This document shows, piece after piece, positions 9,897-23,544 of a DNA stretch of 41,764 nt; position 1 is the first letter of the stretch; every line of letters starts with the position of its first letter. The position numbers and the translations under genes were made by a program. Location: sequence record SRR22947727_1135; one strand, 5' to 3'. The notes beneath the pieces were generated by a model. The model saw only the letters and a list, made by a program, of their open reading frames with translations, searched no databases and was not told where the DNA came from.

Positions 9897-9943
9897 ATAC
9901 TATTAAGCTGTATTATTACATTAATCATTGGAATGAATGACAT

Positions 9944-11531
<1,588 letters not shown>

Positions 11532-11533
11532 AT

Positions 11534-12478
11534 TTGAATAAAAAAAATAAAAAGCCAATTGCTTTTATTCTTGGGCCAACAGCTTCTGGCAAAACAGATC
11601 TAGCAATTAATATTTGTAATTCTATTCCTGCTGAAATCATAAGTGTTGATTCTGTAATGGTTTATAAAGATTGTGATATTGGCTCTGCCAAACCCTCAAA
11701 AGATGTATTGCTCAAACACAAACATCATTTAGTTGATTGTATTAACCCAGAGTCAATATATTCAGTAGCAGATTTTTATAAAAGTTCGCTAGAGCTAATC
11801 ACAGAAATACATAATAAAAATAAGCTGCCGCTTTTTGTGGGAGGCTCAATGATGTACTTTAAATCACTAATAAATGGCCTTGACAATCTTCCCGAGCGAG
11901 ATGATGAATATAGGTCTGAATTACAGAATATAAAAAATAAAAACGGGGTAGAATTGCTTCATAATATGCTTAAAGAATTAGACCCAAACTACGCAAAAAG
12001 AGTTAATGTCTTTGATGAAAAGAGAATTATCAGAGCATTAGAAATTCATAAAGCATCGGGTAATCAGTTAAGCACAATGGTTGGATATAAAAATAAAGAC
12101 TACTTATCAAACACTTATTCTGTTTATCAATTTGGAATCTTTGATGAGGACAGGTCATTACTTCATTCCAGAATAGAAGAACGCCTTAAGATAATTATTC
12201 AAAATGGTTTGATTGATGAGGTTAAAAATTTATTAAATAAGTACAAGATTCCTGAAAATCATCCTATTAGAAAGTCTGTGAATTACAAACAAGCAATTTC
12301 TTTTTTAAATGAGGAGTATGATTCAGATGAATTATTTAAAAGAGCACTTTACGCAACCAGGCAATTAGCAAAAAGACAAATGACATGGTTGCGTTCTTGG
12401 GATCATTTAGAAGCTTTTGAGATAAAAGCTAGTCATAAAATTGAAGAATCTATTAAAAGATTGATAACTTCTCTTTAA
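11534..12478 (+). CDS. miaA: tRNA dimethylallyltransferase
   Basis: GPTASGKT, SVDSVMVY, DIGSAKP, VGGSMMY, TRQLAKRQMTW. Confidence 0.95.
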   Translation: MNKKNKKPIAFILGPTASGKTDLAINICNSIPAEIISVDSVMVYKDCDIGSAKPSKDVLLKHKHHLVDCINPESIYSVADFYKSSLELITEIHNKNKLPLFVGGSMMYFKSLINGLDNLPERDDEYRSELQNIKNKNGVELLHNMLKELDPNYAKRVNVFDEKRIIRALEIHKASGNQLSTMVGYKNKDYLSNTYSVYQFGIFDEDRSLLHSRIEERLKIIIQNGLIDEVKNLLNKYKIPENHPIRKSVNYKQAISFLNEEYDSDELFKRALYATRQLAKRQMTWLRSWDHLEAFEIKASHKIEESIKRLITSL

Positions 12479-12537
12479 ATATAGCTATAAGTCCATAGAT
12501 AGGGTCTATAATAGTTAAAAAAAACGAGGTAATTATT

Positions 12538-13612
12538 GTGAATTGGGATAACCAAAATAAAGATCCATGGGGTGGGAAAAATGATGCTCCTGACTTTGAT
12601 GAGCTTGTAAAGAAATTTTCTTCAATACTTGGAGGAAAAAAATCATCATCCAATGGTTCTGGAGGAAGTTCTGGAGGAAGTTCGGGTGGTGGTTTTAAGT
12701 TACCAACTACAAGAATATTTTTATACGCACTTTTTGGATTCTTAATTGTTTATGCATCTCAATCAATATATCAGCTTGATGCATCCGAGCGAGCAGTGAT
12801 TTTACGATTTGGTAAGTTCTATGAAGAGCAACAAGAAGGACTAAATTTCAGATTGGCTGGAATAGATGAAAGATATATAGAAAATGTATCTCTAACAAGA
12901 AGATATAGTCAAACAAATAGTATGTTGACTAAAGATGAAAACATAGTAGATGTAACTGTTTCGGCCCAATACAGAATAGCAAACTTAAAAGATTTTGTTT
13001 TAAATGTAAAAGATCCAGAGTTAAGTCTTAGGCAGGCTATTGAAAGTGCTTTAAGGCATGTTGTTGGTGATAATTCTCTTGAACAGACCCTAACTGTAGG
13101 AAGAGAAAAGATTGCTCAAGAAGTTCAAACTCGACTCCAGCAAATTTTAGATATATATGCTACTGGCCTACTAGTTCAGCAGGTAAACATTGAAAAAACT
13201 GATCCACCAGCGGCAGTTAAAGATGCTTTTGATGATGTTGTTGCTGCGAGAGAAGATAAAGAAAAATTGCAAAATGAGGCTGAAAGGTATGCATTAACTA
13301 TAGTTCCTGAAGCAAGAGGTCAAGCACAGGCAAGAATCAGAAATGCTGAAGGTTATTTGTTAGAGGTTATTGCTAATGCAGAGGGTGAGGTTGGAAGATT
13401 TACTCAACTTCTTGAAGAGTATCAAAAGGCACCTGAAGTTACTAGAGATAGAATGTATATAGATGCAATGCAAAAAGTTCTATCTAGCACCACAAAAATA
13501 ATGATTGATATTGATAGTGGTAATAATTTAATGTTGCTTCCTTTAGATAAGATGATGGATCAAGGAAACAAAATAGATCTCAATCAGTTTAGATTAAGAC
13601 AAGGAGACCAAG

Positions 13613-13620
<8 letters not shown>
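12538..13620 (+). CDS. hflK: FtsH protease modulator HflK
   Basis: N-terminal DPWG..PDFDEL, TM segment, SPFH domain (MLTKDENIV, VKDAFDDV), EYQKAPEVTRDRMY. GTG start with GAGGT RBS. Confidence 0.95.
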
Positions 13621-15708
<2,088 letters not shown>

Positions 15709-15709
15709 T

Positions 15710-16120
15710 TTATGTTGATTTTAGATATTTATCTAAATTAGCGTTTATAAATTTGTATGAATCTGGGCTAGAAAATTTCTTTGAAAGTCTTAAAGATTCA
15801 TCAATCACAATAGGGTTATCTAGATTACCAAATATCATTTCATTTAATGCAAAGTATAAAATTGATTTATCTATAAGGTCCATATTTGAGTCCTTAACAC
15901 CAAGTGATTCAAGAATTTTCTTTATATGTTCTTCATTATCCTTTATAGACTCTAATGAAGATGAAAAGACATCAAAATTTACTTTTTTATTTTTATGCTC
16001 ATCTTTAAATTGATCAATAATATCTGAAGTATCCTGCTTGCTAAAAAAATATTGATAAATAGCTTGAACCAGATACTCTCTAGTTCTTACTTCTACTTTA
16101 AATTTAGCTAGATTTTTCAT
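15710..16120 (-). CDS. nusB: Transcription antitermination factor NusB
   Basis: REYLVQAIYQ, IDKSIL, IVIDESLRLSKKF, KFINANLD; follows ribH. Confidence 0.88.
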   Translation of the reverse strand: MKNLAKFKVEVRTREYLVQAIYQYFFSKQDTSDIIDQFKDEHKNKKVNFDVFSSSLESIKDNEEHIKKILESLGVKDSNMDLIDKSILYFALNEMIFGNLDNPIVIDESLRLSKKFSSPDSYKFINANLDKYLKST

Positions 16121-16514
16121 GTATTAATTTAATAAGTGATTTTGTATTATTTTCAGTATTAAAGAGCCTTTCTTTCAATTGATTTTCATTTTCAACACAA
16201 ATAACGTTATTAATTACTGATATTTGAGGATAGTCCATAGCTAAATTTCCAATGGATCTGAATGTTTCAGATGTAACTAGCTCATAGTGAGTAGTTTCAC
16301 CCCTTACGACTATTCCTAGAAAAAGAATGCCTACATAATCCTCTTTATTTTTTATTAATTTATGTTTTGCTAATGCAGGTAGCTCAATACTGCCTGGTGC
16401 AAGAGAAATATCCCATGAAAATTTATTTTCTGATAAAACCTTACAGGATAGTTTTATCATTTCATTTACATAATCGGCATACCATGAGGTGTGAACTATT
16501 AGAACTTTATTCAT
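16104..16514 (-). CDS. ribH: 6,7-dimethyl-8-ribityllumazine synthase (divergent, short)
   Basis: APGSIELP and LGIVVRGETTHYE motifs, conserved ER near the C-terminus; position between ribB and nusB. Confidence 0.85.
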   Translation of the reverse strand: MNKVLIVHTSWYADYVNEMIKLSCKVLSENKFSWDISLAPGSIELPALAKHKLIKNKEDYVGILFLGIVVRGETTHYELVTSETFRSIGNLAMDYPQISVINNVICVENENQLKERLFNTENNTKSLIKLIHEKSS

Positions 16515-17586
16515 TTACAAATCCTGTTATGTCTATATTAAAACCAGATACAGCATTATATTTAGTAGGGGTACCTAACACACTTATTTTTCTTAAATCG
16601 AGAGCTCTTAGTATTTGAGATCCAACGCCAATGACTCGTCTATTTCTTTTTGGTTCAATTTCTTTATCTTCTAATTTATTTAGCCAGTAACTTTTTGCAT
16701 CTCGGTGATTTATAAGAACAAAAAGCCCAGCATCTTCTTTTGAGATTCTTTCTATAGATTTCCTTATTGACCAATTTTTTCCTAATTCTTCTATGCCTAA
16801 TGTGTCTTGAAGAATGCTTTGTGTTTGAACTCGAACCAAAGGGGACTCAACTGATAATAAATCACCTTTACTTAAAGAAAAATGATATTCATCTTTTATT
16901 ATATCTCTCCATACTATTAGGTTAAATTCACCAAACTCATTTGTGACTTGTCTTTCATTTACTGCTTCAACCGTACTATCTGAGGACAATCTATAATCTA
17001 TTAAATCCGCAATAGTACCAACCTTAATATCATATTTTTCACCAAATTTTATTAGATCATCTCTTCTTGCCATAGTTCCATCATCATTCATAATTTCACA
17101 AATAACCCCTGCAGACTGAAAGCCTGCAAGTTTAGCTATATCACATGCAGCCTCTGTATGTCCTGCTCTGCTCAGAACCCCACCTTCCATGGCTTTAAGT
17201 GGAAATACATGTCCAGGCTGAACAATGTCCGAAGCTTTAGAATCTTTGCTAACTGCAGTCCTGATTGTGTGAGCTCTATCAGCTGCTGATATTCCAGTTG
17301 TAATACCTTCTGCAGCCTCAATCGAAACAGTAAAAGCTGTTCTATTTGCTGCTTTATTATTAGAAGTCATCATTTGAAGATTGTATTTATCTATAAGGTT
17401 TTCACTCATAGGTAGGCATATTAATCCCTTGCCCTTTGAGGCCATAAAATTAATTATTTCTGGAGTAACTTGATCAGCAGCGCAAACAAGGTCACCTTCA
17501 TTTTCCCTAGATTCATCATCAAGAATGATTACCATCTTTCCTTGTTTAATATCTTCAATAATCTCTGTAATGCTATCTTTTAACAT
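16507..17586 (-). CDS. ribB: 3,4-dihydroxy-2-butanone-4-phosphate synthase with degenerate GTP cyclohydrolase II-like C-terminal domain (RibBX-type)
   Basis: DDESRENEGD, AFTVSIEA, TTGISAADR, PGHVFPL, RAGHTEA, CEIMNDDG. The C-terminal VRVQTQSILQD lacks the Zn-binding cysteines. Confidence 0.92.
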   Translation of the reverse strand: MLKDSITEIIEDIKQGKMVIILDDESRENEGDLVCAADQVTPEIINFMASKGKGLICLPMSENLIDKYNLQMMTSNNKAANRTAFTVSIEAAEGITTGISAADRAHTIRTAVSKDSKASDIVQPGHVFPLKAMEGGVLSRAGHTEAACDIAKLAGFQSAGVICEIMNDDGTMARRDDLIKFGEKYDIKVGTIADLIDYRLSSDSTVEAVNERQVTNEFGEFNLIVWRDIIKDEYHFSLSKGDLLSVESPLVRVQTQSILQDTLGIEELGKNWSIRKSIERISKEDAGLFVLINHRDAKSYWLNKLEDKEIEPKRNRRVIGVGSQILRALDLRKISVLGTPTKYNAVSGFNIDITGFVNE

Positions 17587-18590
17587 TTTATATATATTTT
17601 TTTGGTATCTGCTTTAATGTTGTATGAGGATTCTAGTTTAAAATTTAGTTTTTCAACAGCATTATCTTCTTTAAACCAATTCACACCATCTAAACCAAGA
17701 TTATTTTGAGACTGATAAATAATAACCTCATCTACTTTATCAGAATCTAGAAATGCGTTAACAAGTTTTGGACCTGCCTCAACTAAAATTGATGTGATGT
17801 CTGTGTATCTATATCTTTCTAATATCTTGCCTATATTTGTTTCATTGAGTATTTCATATTCGCAATTCACAAAGAAATCAGCAGTTAAATCAAAATTAGA
17901 TTTATTGCTTAGAAGAATTTTTTTTGGCTGATTAACTGGAAAACTTACCCTAGCATTCATCCTGGGTGAGTCATTAATAACTGTATTACCTCCTGTCAAA
18001 ATAGCATCATAATTTGCTCTAACTTTTTGAACATCATCTCTTGATTCTTTGCAGGTAATATATGTCCTTTTTTCATTTGGTAGATGAGATTTGCCATCTT
18101 TCGAAGATGCAATTTTTACAGTTATGTATGGCCTATTATTCTTATTCTTAAAAAAAAAGAATTTGTTTTGTTCCTCAACCAGTTTTGCACATACTCCTGA
18201 TTGAACATTCACTCCATGATTAATTAAATTCCTAATTCCACTTCCTGAAACAAGAGGGTTTGGATCTTCAGCACCAACCACTACATTTCTTATTCCAGAA
18301 CTAATTATTGCCTCGGAACATGGTCCAGTTTTACCAGTATGATTACATGGCTCAAGAGAACAAATTAAGGTTAATTCACCAAAGGAATCAAAAGCAATTC
18401 CTTGGTTTTTTTTTGCTTCTTCAATTGCATTTACTTCAGCATGACTGGATCCAAATTCTTTATGCGCACCTTCTGAGATTATAGTTTCGCCTTTTACAAT
18501 AATACATCCAACCACAGGGTTTGGTTTAGCGGTATATTTATATTGATCAGCAAGAGAAATAGCTCTCTTCATCAACTTTTCATAATTCAT
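17580..18590 (-). CDS. ribD: Bifunctional riboflavin deaminase/reductase
   Basis: [40 protein letters not shown]. Confidence 0.93.
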   Translation of the reverse strand: MNYEKLMKRAISLADQYKYTAKPNPVVGCIIVKGETIISEGAHKEFGSSHAEVNAIEEAKKNQGIAFDSFGELTLICSLEPCNHTGKTGPCSEAIISSGIRNVVVGAEDPNPLVSGSGIRNLINHGVNVQSGVCAKLVEEQNKFFFFKNKNNRPYITVKIASSKDGKSHLPNEKRTYITCKESRDDVQKVRANYDAILTGGNTVINDSPRMNARVSFPVNQPKKILLSNKSNFDLTADFFVNCEYEILNETNIGKILERYRYTDITSILVEAGPKLVNAFLDSDKVDEVIIYQSQNNLGLDGVNWFKEDNAVEKLNFKLESSYNIKADTKKIYIKC

Positions 18591-19075
18591 TTCTTTAATT
18601 TTTTCTTAGATGCTTTTTTGGGTTTCTCTTTACTTAAAGAATTGATTTCAGTTGAGAAATCTTTTATATCTTGAAAATCTCTATAGACTGATGCAAATCT
18701 AACATAAGCAACAGTATCAACCTCTTTTAGAGCATTCATCATTATTTCTCCTATCTTAAGAGAAGGGATTTCACGAAGACCACTAGTACGAATTTCATTT
18801 AAAATTTTTCCAAAAACAGTATCTATTTCTTCAGATGATAAAGGCCTTTTTTCAAGGGCTCTTAGCATACCTTTCTTAAGTTTTGAGCCATTAAAAGGCT
18901 GACGCTCTCCATCGTTTTTTACAACCCTCGGTAGTGCTAAATCCGCTGTTTCAAAGGTAGTAAATCTAGAGTGACATATTTCACACTCTCTTCTTCTTCT
19001 AGTTTGGGAGCCGTCTGCAACTAATCTAGAGTCTATAACTTTAGTATCTTCAGCTTGGCAAAAGGGACAATGCAT
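18587..19075 (-). CDS. nrdR: Transcriptional repressor NrdR
   Basis: MHCPFC...RRRREC..C..RFTTFE zinc ribbon, ATP-cone, [10 protein letters not shown]. Confidence 0.97.
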   Translation of the reverse strand: MHCPFCQAEDTKVIDSRLVADGSQTRRRRECEICHSRFTTFETADLALPRVVKNDGERQPFNGSKLKKGMLRALEKRPLSSEEIDTVFGKILNEIRTSGLREIPSLKIGEIMMNALKEVDTVAYVRFASVYRDFQDIKDFSTEINSLSKEKPKKASKKKLKK

Positions 19076-20377
19076 TTATAAATTATAGACTGGATATTGT
19101 TTCGTCAGATTAGTTACTTTATTTTTTATTTCTAACATTGCATCTTCATCATTAATATTTTCAATTACATCGCATATCCAATTACTTAGAAGTGTAATTT
19201 CTTCTGTTTTAAAACCTCTTGTAGTTACAGCGGGAGTACCCAGTCTAACACCTGATGTTACAAAGGGTGATCTTGGATCATCTGGTACAGCATTTTTATT
19301 AACAGTAATGTTTACATCGCCTAAAGCTTTTTCTAAATCTTTGCCTGTAATGTCTTTATTTCTAAGATCTACAAGAACAATATGATTGTGTGTATTGCCA
19401 GTAACAACATCAACACCTCGAGACATAATCACATCGCACATAGTTTTTGCATTATCAACAACTTGTTGCATATATTCTTGAAAACTAGGCTCCATTGCTT
19501 CTTTAAAGCAAATAGCTTTTGCTGCAATCACATGCATCAAAGGTCCGCCTTGAGATCCAGGAAAAACAGCAGAGTTAAGTTTCTTTTGCAGAGCTTCATT
19601 TTCTTTTGCTAATATTATTCCTGACCTTGGTCCTCTTAGGGTTTTATGAGTTGTTGAAGTAACTACATCTGCGAAGGGAATAGGTGAGGGATAATGTCCT
19701 GTAGCAACAAGACCAGAGATATGAGCCATATCAACTAGAAAATATGCTCCCACCTCATCTGCAATTTCTCTAAATTTTTTCCAATCTATAATTCCTGAAT
19801 AAGCAGAAAAACCTGCAATAATTAATTTAGGTTTATGCTCTTTAGCTAAATTTCTGACTTCTTCATAGTCTATTTCATGAGTATCAGGATGTAAGCCGTA
19901 TTGAATACTTTTATAGTTCTTTCCAGAAAAATTTACTTTTGCTCCATGAGTTAAATGACCCCCATGATCTAAACTCATACCAAGAATAGTATCATTAGGC
20001 TCAAGCAAAGCCAGAAATGCAGCAGCGTTTGCTGAAGATCCTGAATGCGGCTGAACATTTGCATAATCAGCTTTAAATAATTCTTTTGCTCTTTCAATAG
20101 CAAGTTGTTCTGCAATATCCACAAATTCACAGCCCCCATAATATCTTTTAGATGGATATCCTTCTGCATATTTATTTGTTAATAAAGAGCCTTGAGCTTC
20201 TAATATTCTATTGCTGGCATAATTTTCTGATGCAATGAGCTCTATATGGTCTTCTTGTCTATTCGCTTCTTTTTCAATGGAATCCCATAAATCTTTATCA
20301 TAATCTTTTATGGATTGAGGGTTGCTGAATACAGAATCACTTTGTGAAAGATTTTTATCTTTTGAATTAAATGTCAT
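19076..20377 (-). CDS. glyA: Serine hydroxymethyltransferase
   Basis: [39 protein letters not shown]. Confidence 0.97.
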   Translation of the reverse strand: MTFNSKDKNLSQSDSVFSNPQSIKDYDKDLWDSIEKEANRQEDHIELIASENYASNRILEAQGSLLTNKYAEGYPSKRYYGGCEFVDIAEQLAIERAKELFKADYANVQPHSGSSANAAAFLALLEPNDTILGMSLDHGGHLTHGAKVNFSGKNYKSIQYGLHPDTHEIDYEEVRNLAKEHKPKLIIAGFSAYSGIIDWKKFREIADEVGAYFLVDMAHISGLVATGHYPSPIPFADVVTSTTHKTLRGPRSGIILAKENEALQKKLNSAVFPGSQGGPLMHVIAAKAICFKEAMEPSFQEYMQQVVDNAKTMCDVIMSRGVDVVTGNTHNHIVLVDLRNKDITGKDLEKALGDVNITVNKNAVPDDPRSPFVTSGVRLGTPAVTTRGFKTEEITLLSNWICDVIENINDEDAMLEIKNKVTNLTKQYPVYNL

Positions 20378-20436
20378 TTGAAAATATCCTAAGTATTAAG
20401 TTGCATAAAACCAAGAAGTTGAATATTTTAAATCAT

Positions 20437-21090
20437 CTAGGGCTTCTTGTGTGCAAAAGGCTTTATTCTTTTTGGATAGCATGAAGTACAAATATTACAT
20501 TCAAGTCCATAACAAGCTTTTGCCTGACAAAATTCACGACCCCAAAAAATTATTTGTAAATGAAGTTTATTCCAAGTTGATGCATCAAATAATTTTTTTA
20601 AGTCAGCCTCAGTCTTTTTCACATTTTTGCCATTTGTTAAGCCCCATCTTTGAGCAAGTCTGTGTATATGGGTATCAACTGCAAATGCAGGCACTCCAAA
20701 ACCTTGACTCATAACAACTGAAGCAGTTTTGTGTCCAACACCAGGCAGTTTCTCAAGATCCTCAAAGTTATCAGGGACTATGCTGTTATATTTTTTCACT
20801 AAAATTAATGAAAGAGATTTGATAGCTTTAGATTTCTTTGGTCCCAACCCGCATGGCTTTATTATTTTGTATATTTTTTCTTGAGATAGTTTGCTCATTT
20901 TCTCAGGGGTTGAAGCTAATTTGAATAACTTTGGAGTAACCTGATTTACTCGTTCATCAGTGCATTGAGCAGATAGCAGAACAGCAATAAGTAATGTAAA
21001 GATATCTTTATGATTCAGGGGTATTGGAGTTTCTGGATAAGTTTTATCTAGTATCGTCCTAACTATTTCAGCTCTTTCAGATTTCCTCAT
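20437..21090 (-). CDS. nth: Endonuclease III
   Basis: LLIAVLLSAQCTDERVN, HhH LPGVGHKTA, AVDTHIHR, Cys-rich C-terminus. ATG at 21090 chosen because the longer ORF would overlap the divergent gene. Confidence 0.93.
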   Translation of the reverse strand: MRKSERAEIVRTILDKTYPETPIPLNHKDIFTLLIAVLLSAQCTDERVNQVTPKLFKLASTPEKMSKLSQEKIYKIIKPCGLGPKKSKAIKSLSLILVKKYNSIVPDNFEDLEKLPGVGHKTASVVMSQGFGVPAFAVDTHIHRLAQRWGLTNGKNVKKTEADLKKLFDASTWNKLHLQIIFWGREFCQAKACYGLECNICTSCYPKRIKPFAHKKP

Positions 21091-21122
21091 GATGACAAAT
21101 GTAGCATAATAATCTTTAACAA
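21091..21122. promoter_or_regulatory. Putative compact bidirectional promoter (two opposed -10 elements)
   Basis: Minus strand TGC-TACATT (hexamer 21098-21103) 7 nt before the nth ATG; plus strand TAATCT (21110-21115) 7 nt before the ATG at 21123. Confidence 0.45.
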
Positions 21123-21410
21123 ATGAATACAAAAAAAATACAAAAATATTTACTTAAGCTAAAAGATAGTTTTTTAGAAGAGTCTGAAGAAAACAAAAAG
21201 ATGTTAGATGTATATATAAAATTTATTGAAGGAGAGACTACCGAAGACGAAATTGAATATGCAAACAATCAATTAAATGAAATTTTTAAAAGCTTAGGCC
21301 TAGGCGTGTTAACCATACTTCCATTTAGTCCAATAACGATTCCTTATGTGATGAAGAAAGCACAAGAGTTGGGCATAGACATAATACCAAATTGGTATAA
21401 GAAGCTTTAA
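21123..21410 (+). CDS. Small hypothetical protein (95 aa) with a C-terminal hydrophobic Pro-rich segment
   Basis: Fills the gap between nth and the thiolase; charged helical N-terminus followed by LGLGVLTILPFSPITIPYV. Confidence 0.7.
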   Translation: MNTKKIQKYLLKLKDSFLEESEENKKMLDVYIKFIEGETTEDEIEYANNQLNEIFKSLGLGVLTILPFSPITIPYVMKKAQELGIDIIPNWYKKL

Positions 21411-21467
21411 GTCAGCATTAGTATAGATTAGAATGACAGTGTAAATTTTTTACCCAATGGAGAAATT

Positions 21468-22655
21468 ATGAAAAACGTAGTTATTGTTGATAGCGTAAGG
21501 ACTGGTTTGGCAAAATCACACAGAGGTGGATTTAACATGACAAGACCTGATGAAATGCTCTCTCACATTATCAATGCAATGTTAGATAGAAACCCAAACC
21601 TTCCTCCAGAAGCAGTTGAGGATATTATAATGGGTTGTGGAAATCCTGAAGGAGCTCAAGGTCATAATATAGCAAGAAATGCTGCAGTACTTTCTAACTT
21701 ACCAATCACAGTAGGTGGCACAACTATAAACAGATATTGTTCATCAGGCTTACAGTCGGTATCTATGGCTGCAGGACAAATTATGGCAGGTTGTTATGAC
21801 ACTGTTATAGCTGGTGGAGCGGAGACAATATCAATGATGAATATGAATATGGATAATTTTGTTAATGAAAGATTAGCAGAACAATCTCCTGGAATATATT
21901 TTCCTATGGGTATGACTGCAGAAGTAGTTGCCAAAAGATATAACGTTTCAAGAGAGACACAAGATGAACTAGCTTTTGAAAGCCAAAAGAGGACTGCTGC
22001 AGCACAAGAAGCGGGATTATTTACTGATGAGATAGTTCCAATGAATACAAAGATGTTGCTAACAAATAAAGAAACTGGAGAATCAAAAGAGGTTGAGGTA
22101 ACTGTAGATAAAGATGAATGCAACAGACCAGGAACAACATTAGAAGGTTTGGCTGGGTTAAAGCCCGTTTTTGATCCAGAAAACGGTTCTGTGACAGCTG
22201 GTAATTCTTCGCAATTATCAGATGGAGCTTCAGTTAATTTAGTTATGTCAGAAGATAAAGCACTTGAGCTTGGATTAAAGCCAGTAGCATATTTTAGAGG
22301 TTTTACAACTATGGGTTGTGAGCCAGATGAAATGGGCATAGGGCCAGTTTATTCAGTACCTAAGTTACTAAAAAATTATAATATGTCTGTTGAGGACATT
22401 GATTTATGGGAACTAAATGAGGCATTTGCAGTTCAAGTTGCTCATTGCAGAGATACTTTAGGCATACCAATGGATAAATTAAATGTTAATGGTGGTTCCA
22501 TTTCAATTGGCCATCCCTTTGGTATGACAGGGTCAAGATGTGTAGGGCATTTAACAAGAGAGTTAGTTCGAAGTGACAAACAATTTGGTGTTGTAACTAT
22601 GTGTGTTGGTGGCGGCATGGGCGCATCAGGGCTGTTTGAAAGATACCCTAACTAG
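21468..22655 (+). CDS. Acetyl-CoA C-acyltransferase (thiolase, FadA-like)
   Basis: NRYCSSGLQ, NEAFA, GHPFGMTG, MCVGGGMG; GGAG RBS. Confidence 0.94.
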   Translation: MKNVVIVDSVRTGLAKSHRGGFNMTRPDEMLSHIINAMLDRNPNLPPEAVEDIIMGCGNPEGAQGHNIARNAAVLSNLPITVGGTTINRYCSSGLQSVSMAAGQIMAGCYDTVIAGGAETISMMNMNMDNFVNERLAEQSPGIYFPMGMTAEVVAKRYNVSRETQDELAFESQKRTAAAQEAGLFTDEIVPMNTKMLLTNKETGESKEVEVTVDKDECNRPGTTLEGLAGLKPVFDPENGSVTAGNSSQLSDGASVNLVMSEDKALELGLKPVAYFRGFTTMGCEPDEMGIGPVYSVPKLLKNYNMSVEDIDLWELNEAFAVQVAHCRDTLGIPMDKLNVNGGSISIGHPFGMTGSRCVGHLTRELVRSDKQFGVVTMCVGGGMGASGLFERYPN

Positions 22656-22663
22656 AATTTTAA

Positions 22664-23542
22664 TTGAATTCAGAATTTGAGCTAATTGATTTATTTAATC
22701 AAATTGGTTCTAAATATTACAAAGAAAATGGCGTAATCATCCCTCCGGGGGATGATTGCGCTGTTTTTGAGTCTAAAAAAAAGATTGTTACCTCTGTTGA
22801 CGCTTCTGTTGAAGGCATACATTTCTTAAAAAATACAAAACCTCAAGACATTGCATATCGATCAATAGCTGTAGCAATTAGCGATATTGCAGCAATGGGG
22901 TGTAAGCCGTTAGCTTTTAGCCTATCAGTAACATCCCCATCTCAAAATAGAGCCTGGTTTGAAGATTTTGCGCTTGGAACTAATGAAATAGCAAACCAAT
23001 TTGAAATTCCTTTAATCGGCGGAGATTTAACTAGAGGACCGTTAAACATTGGTGTAATAGTCTATGGATCACCTTTTAATAAAAATATCTTAAGACGAGA
23101 TGGAGCCAAGCCCGGAGACTTTATATGTATAAGCACAGAAGTTGGCAAAGGCGCAAAAGGATTAAAAGATTTGAAGAACAAAATATCGGACTCACCTTTT
23201 ATTAAATACTATCTGAGGCCAATACCAAAGATTGAGTTAGGTAAAAAAATATCTGAATTAGCTAACGCATGTATTGATACATCTGATGGGTTGCTAGTTG
23301 ATATGCAAAAAATGCTTAAAGCTTCAAATTGTGGTGGCAAAATATACTTAGACAAAATACCAGTTATATCTAATATCGCAGATCTAAATCTTGGAGATGA
23401 CTATGACTTATGTTTTACAATTCCAAAAGATAAATTTACTGATGATTTCATTAAGATAGGTGAAGTTTCAAAATCAAAGGAAATTAAACTTATTTCTAAT
23501 AAAGGTTATGATGTAAAGATTGCAGGATATGAGCATTTTTAA
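22664..23542 (+). CDS. thiL: Thiamine-monophosphate kinase
   Basis: SEFELI, GDDCA, EGIHF, SDIAAMG, GGDLT, IDTSDGL, GDDYDLCFT, GYEHF. TTG start. Confidence 0.93.
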   Translation: MNSEFELIDLFNQIGSKYYKENGVIIPPGDDCAVFESKKKIVTSVDASVEGIHFLKNTKPQDIAYRSIAVAISDIAAMGCKPLAFSLSVTSPSQNRAWFEDFALGTNEIANQFEIPLIGGDLTRGPLNIGVIVYGSPFNKNILRRDGAKPGDFICISTEVGKGAKGLKDLKNKISDSPFIKYYLRPIPKIELGKKISELANACIDTSDGLLVDMQKMLKASNCGGKIYLDKIPVISNIADLNLGDDYDLCFTIPKDKFTDDFIKIGEVSKSKEIKLISNKGYDVKIAGYEHF

Positions 23543-23544
23543 TA

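Noticed and set aside
12656-12683. 12-bp tandem repeat GTTCTGGAGGAA in hflK
   Set aside because: It encodes the ordinary Gly/Ser linker of the HflK N-terminus; not CRISPR or mobile DNA.
18406-18414. Homopolymer T/A runs (here 9 nt; similar runs elsewhere) as phase-variation tracts
   Set aside because: In-frame Lys/Asn codons in housekeeping genes of an AT-rich genome; reading frames are intact.
21794-22339. 181-aa antisense ORF inside the thiolase
   Set aside because: In-register antisense shadow with Ser/Thr/Pro-rich composition and no recognisable motif.
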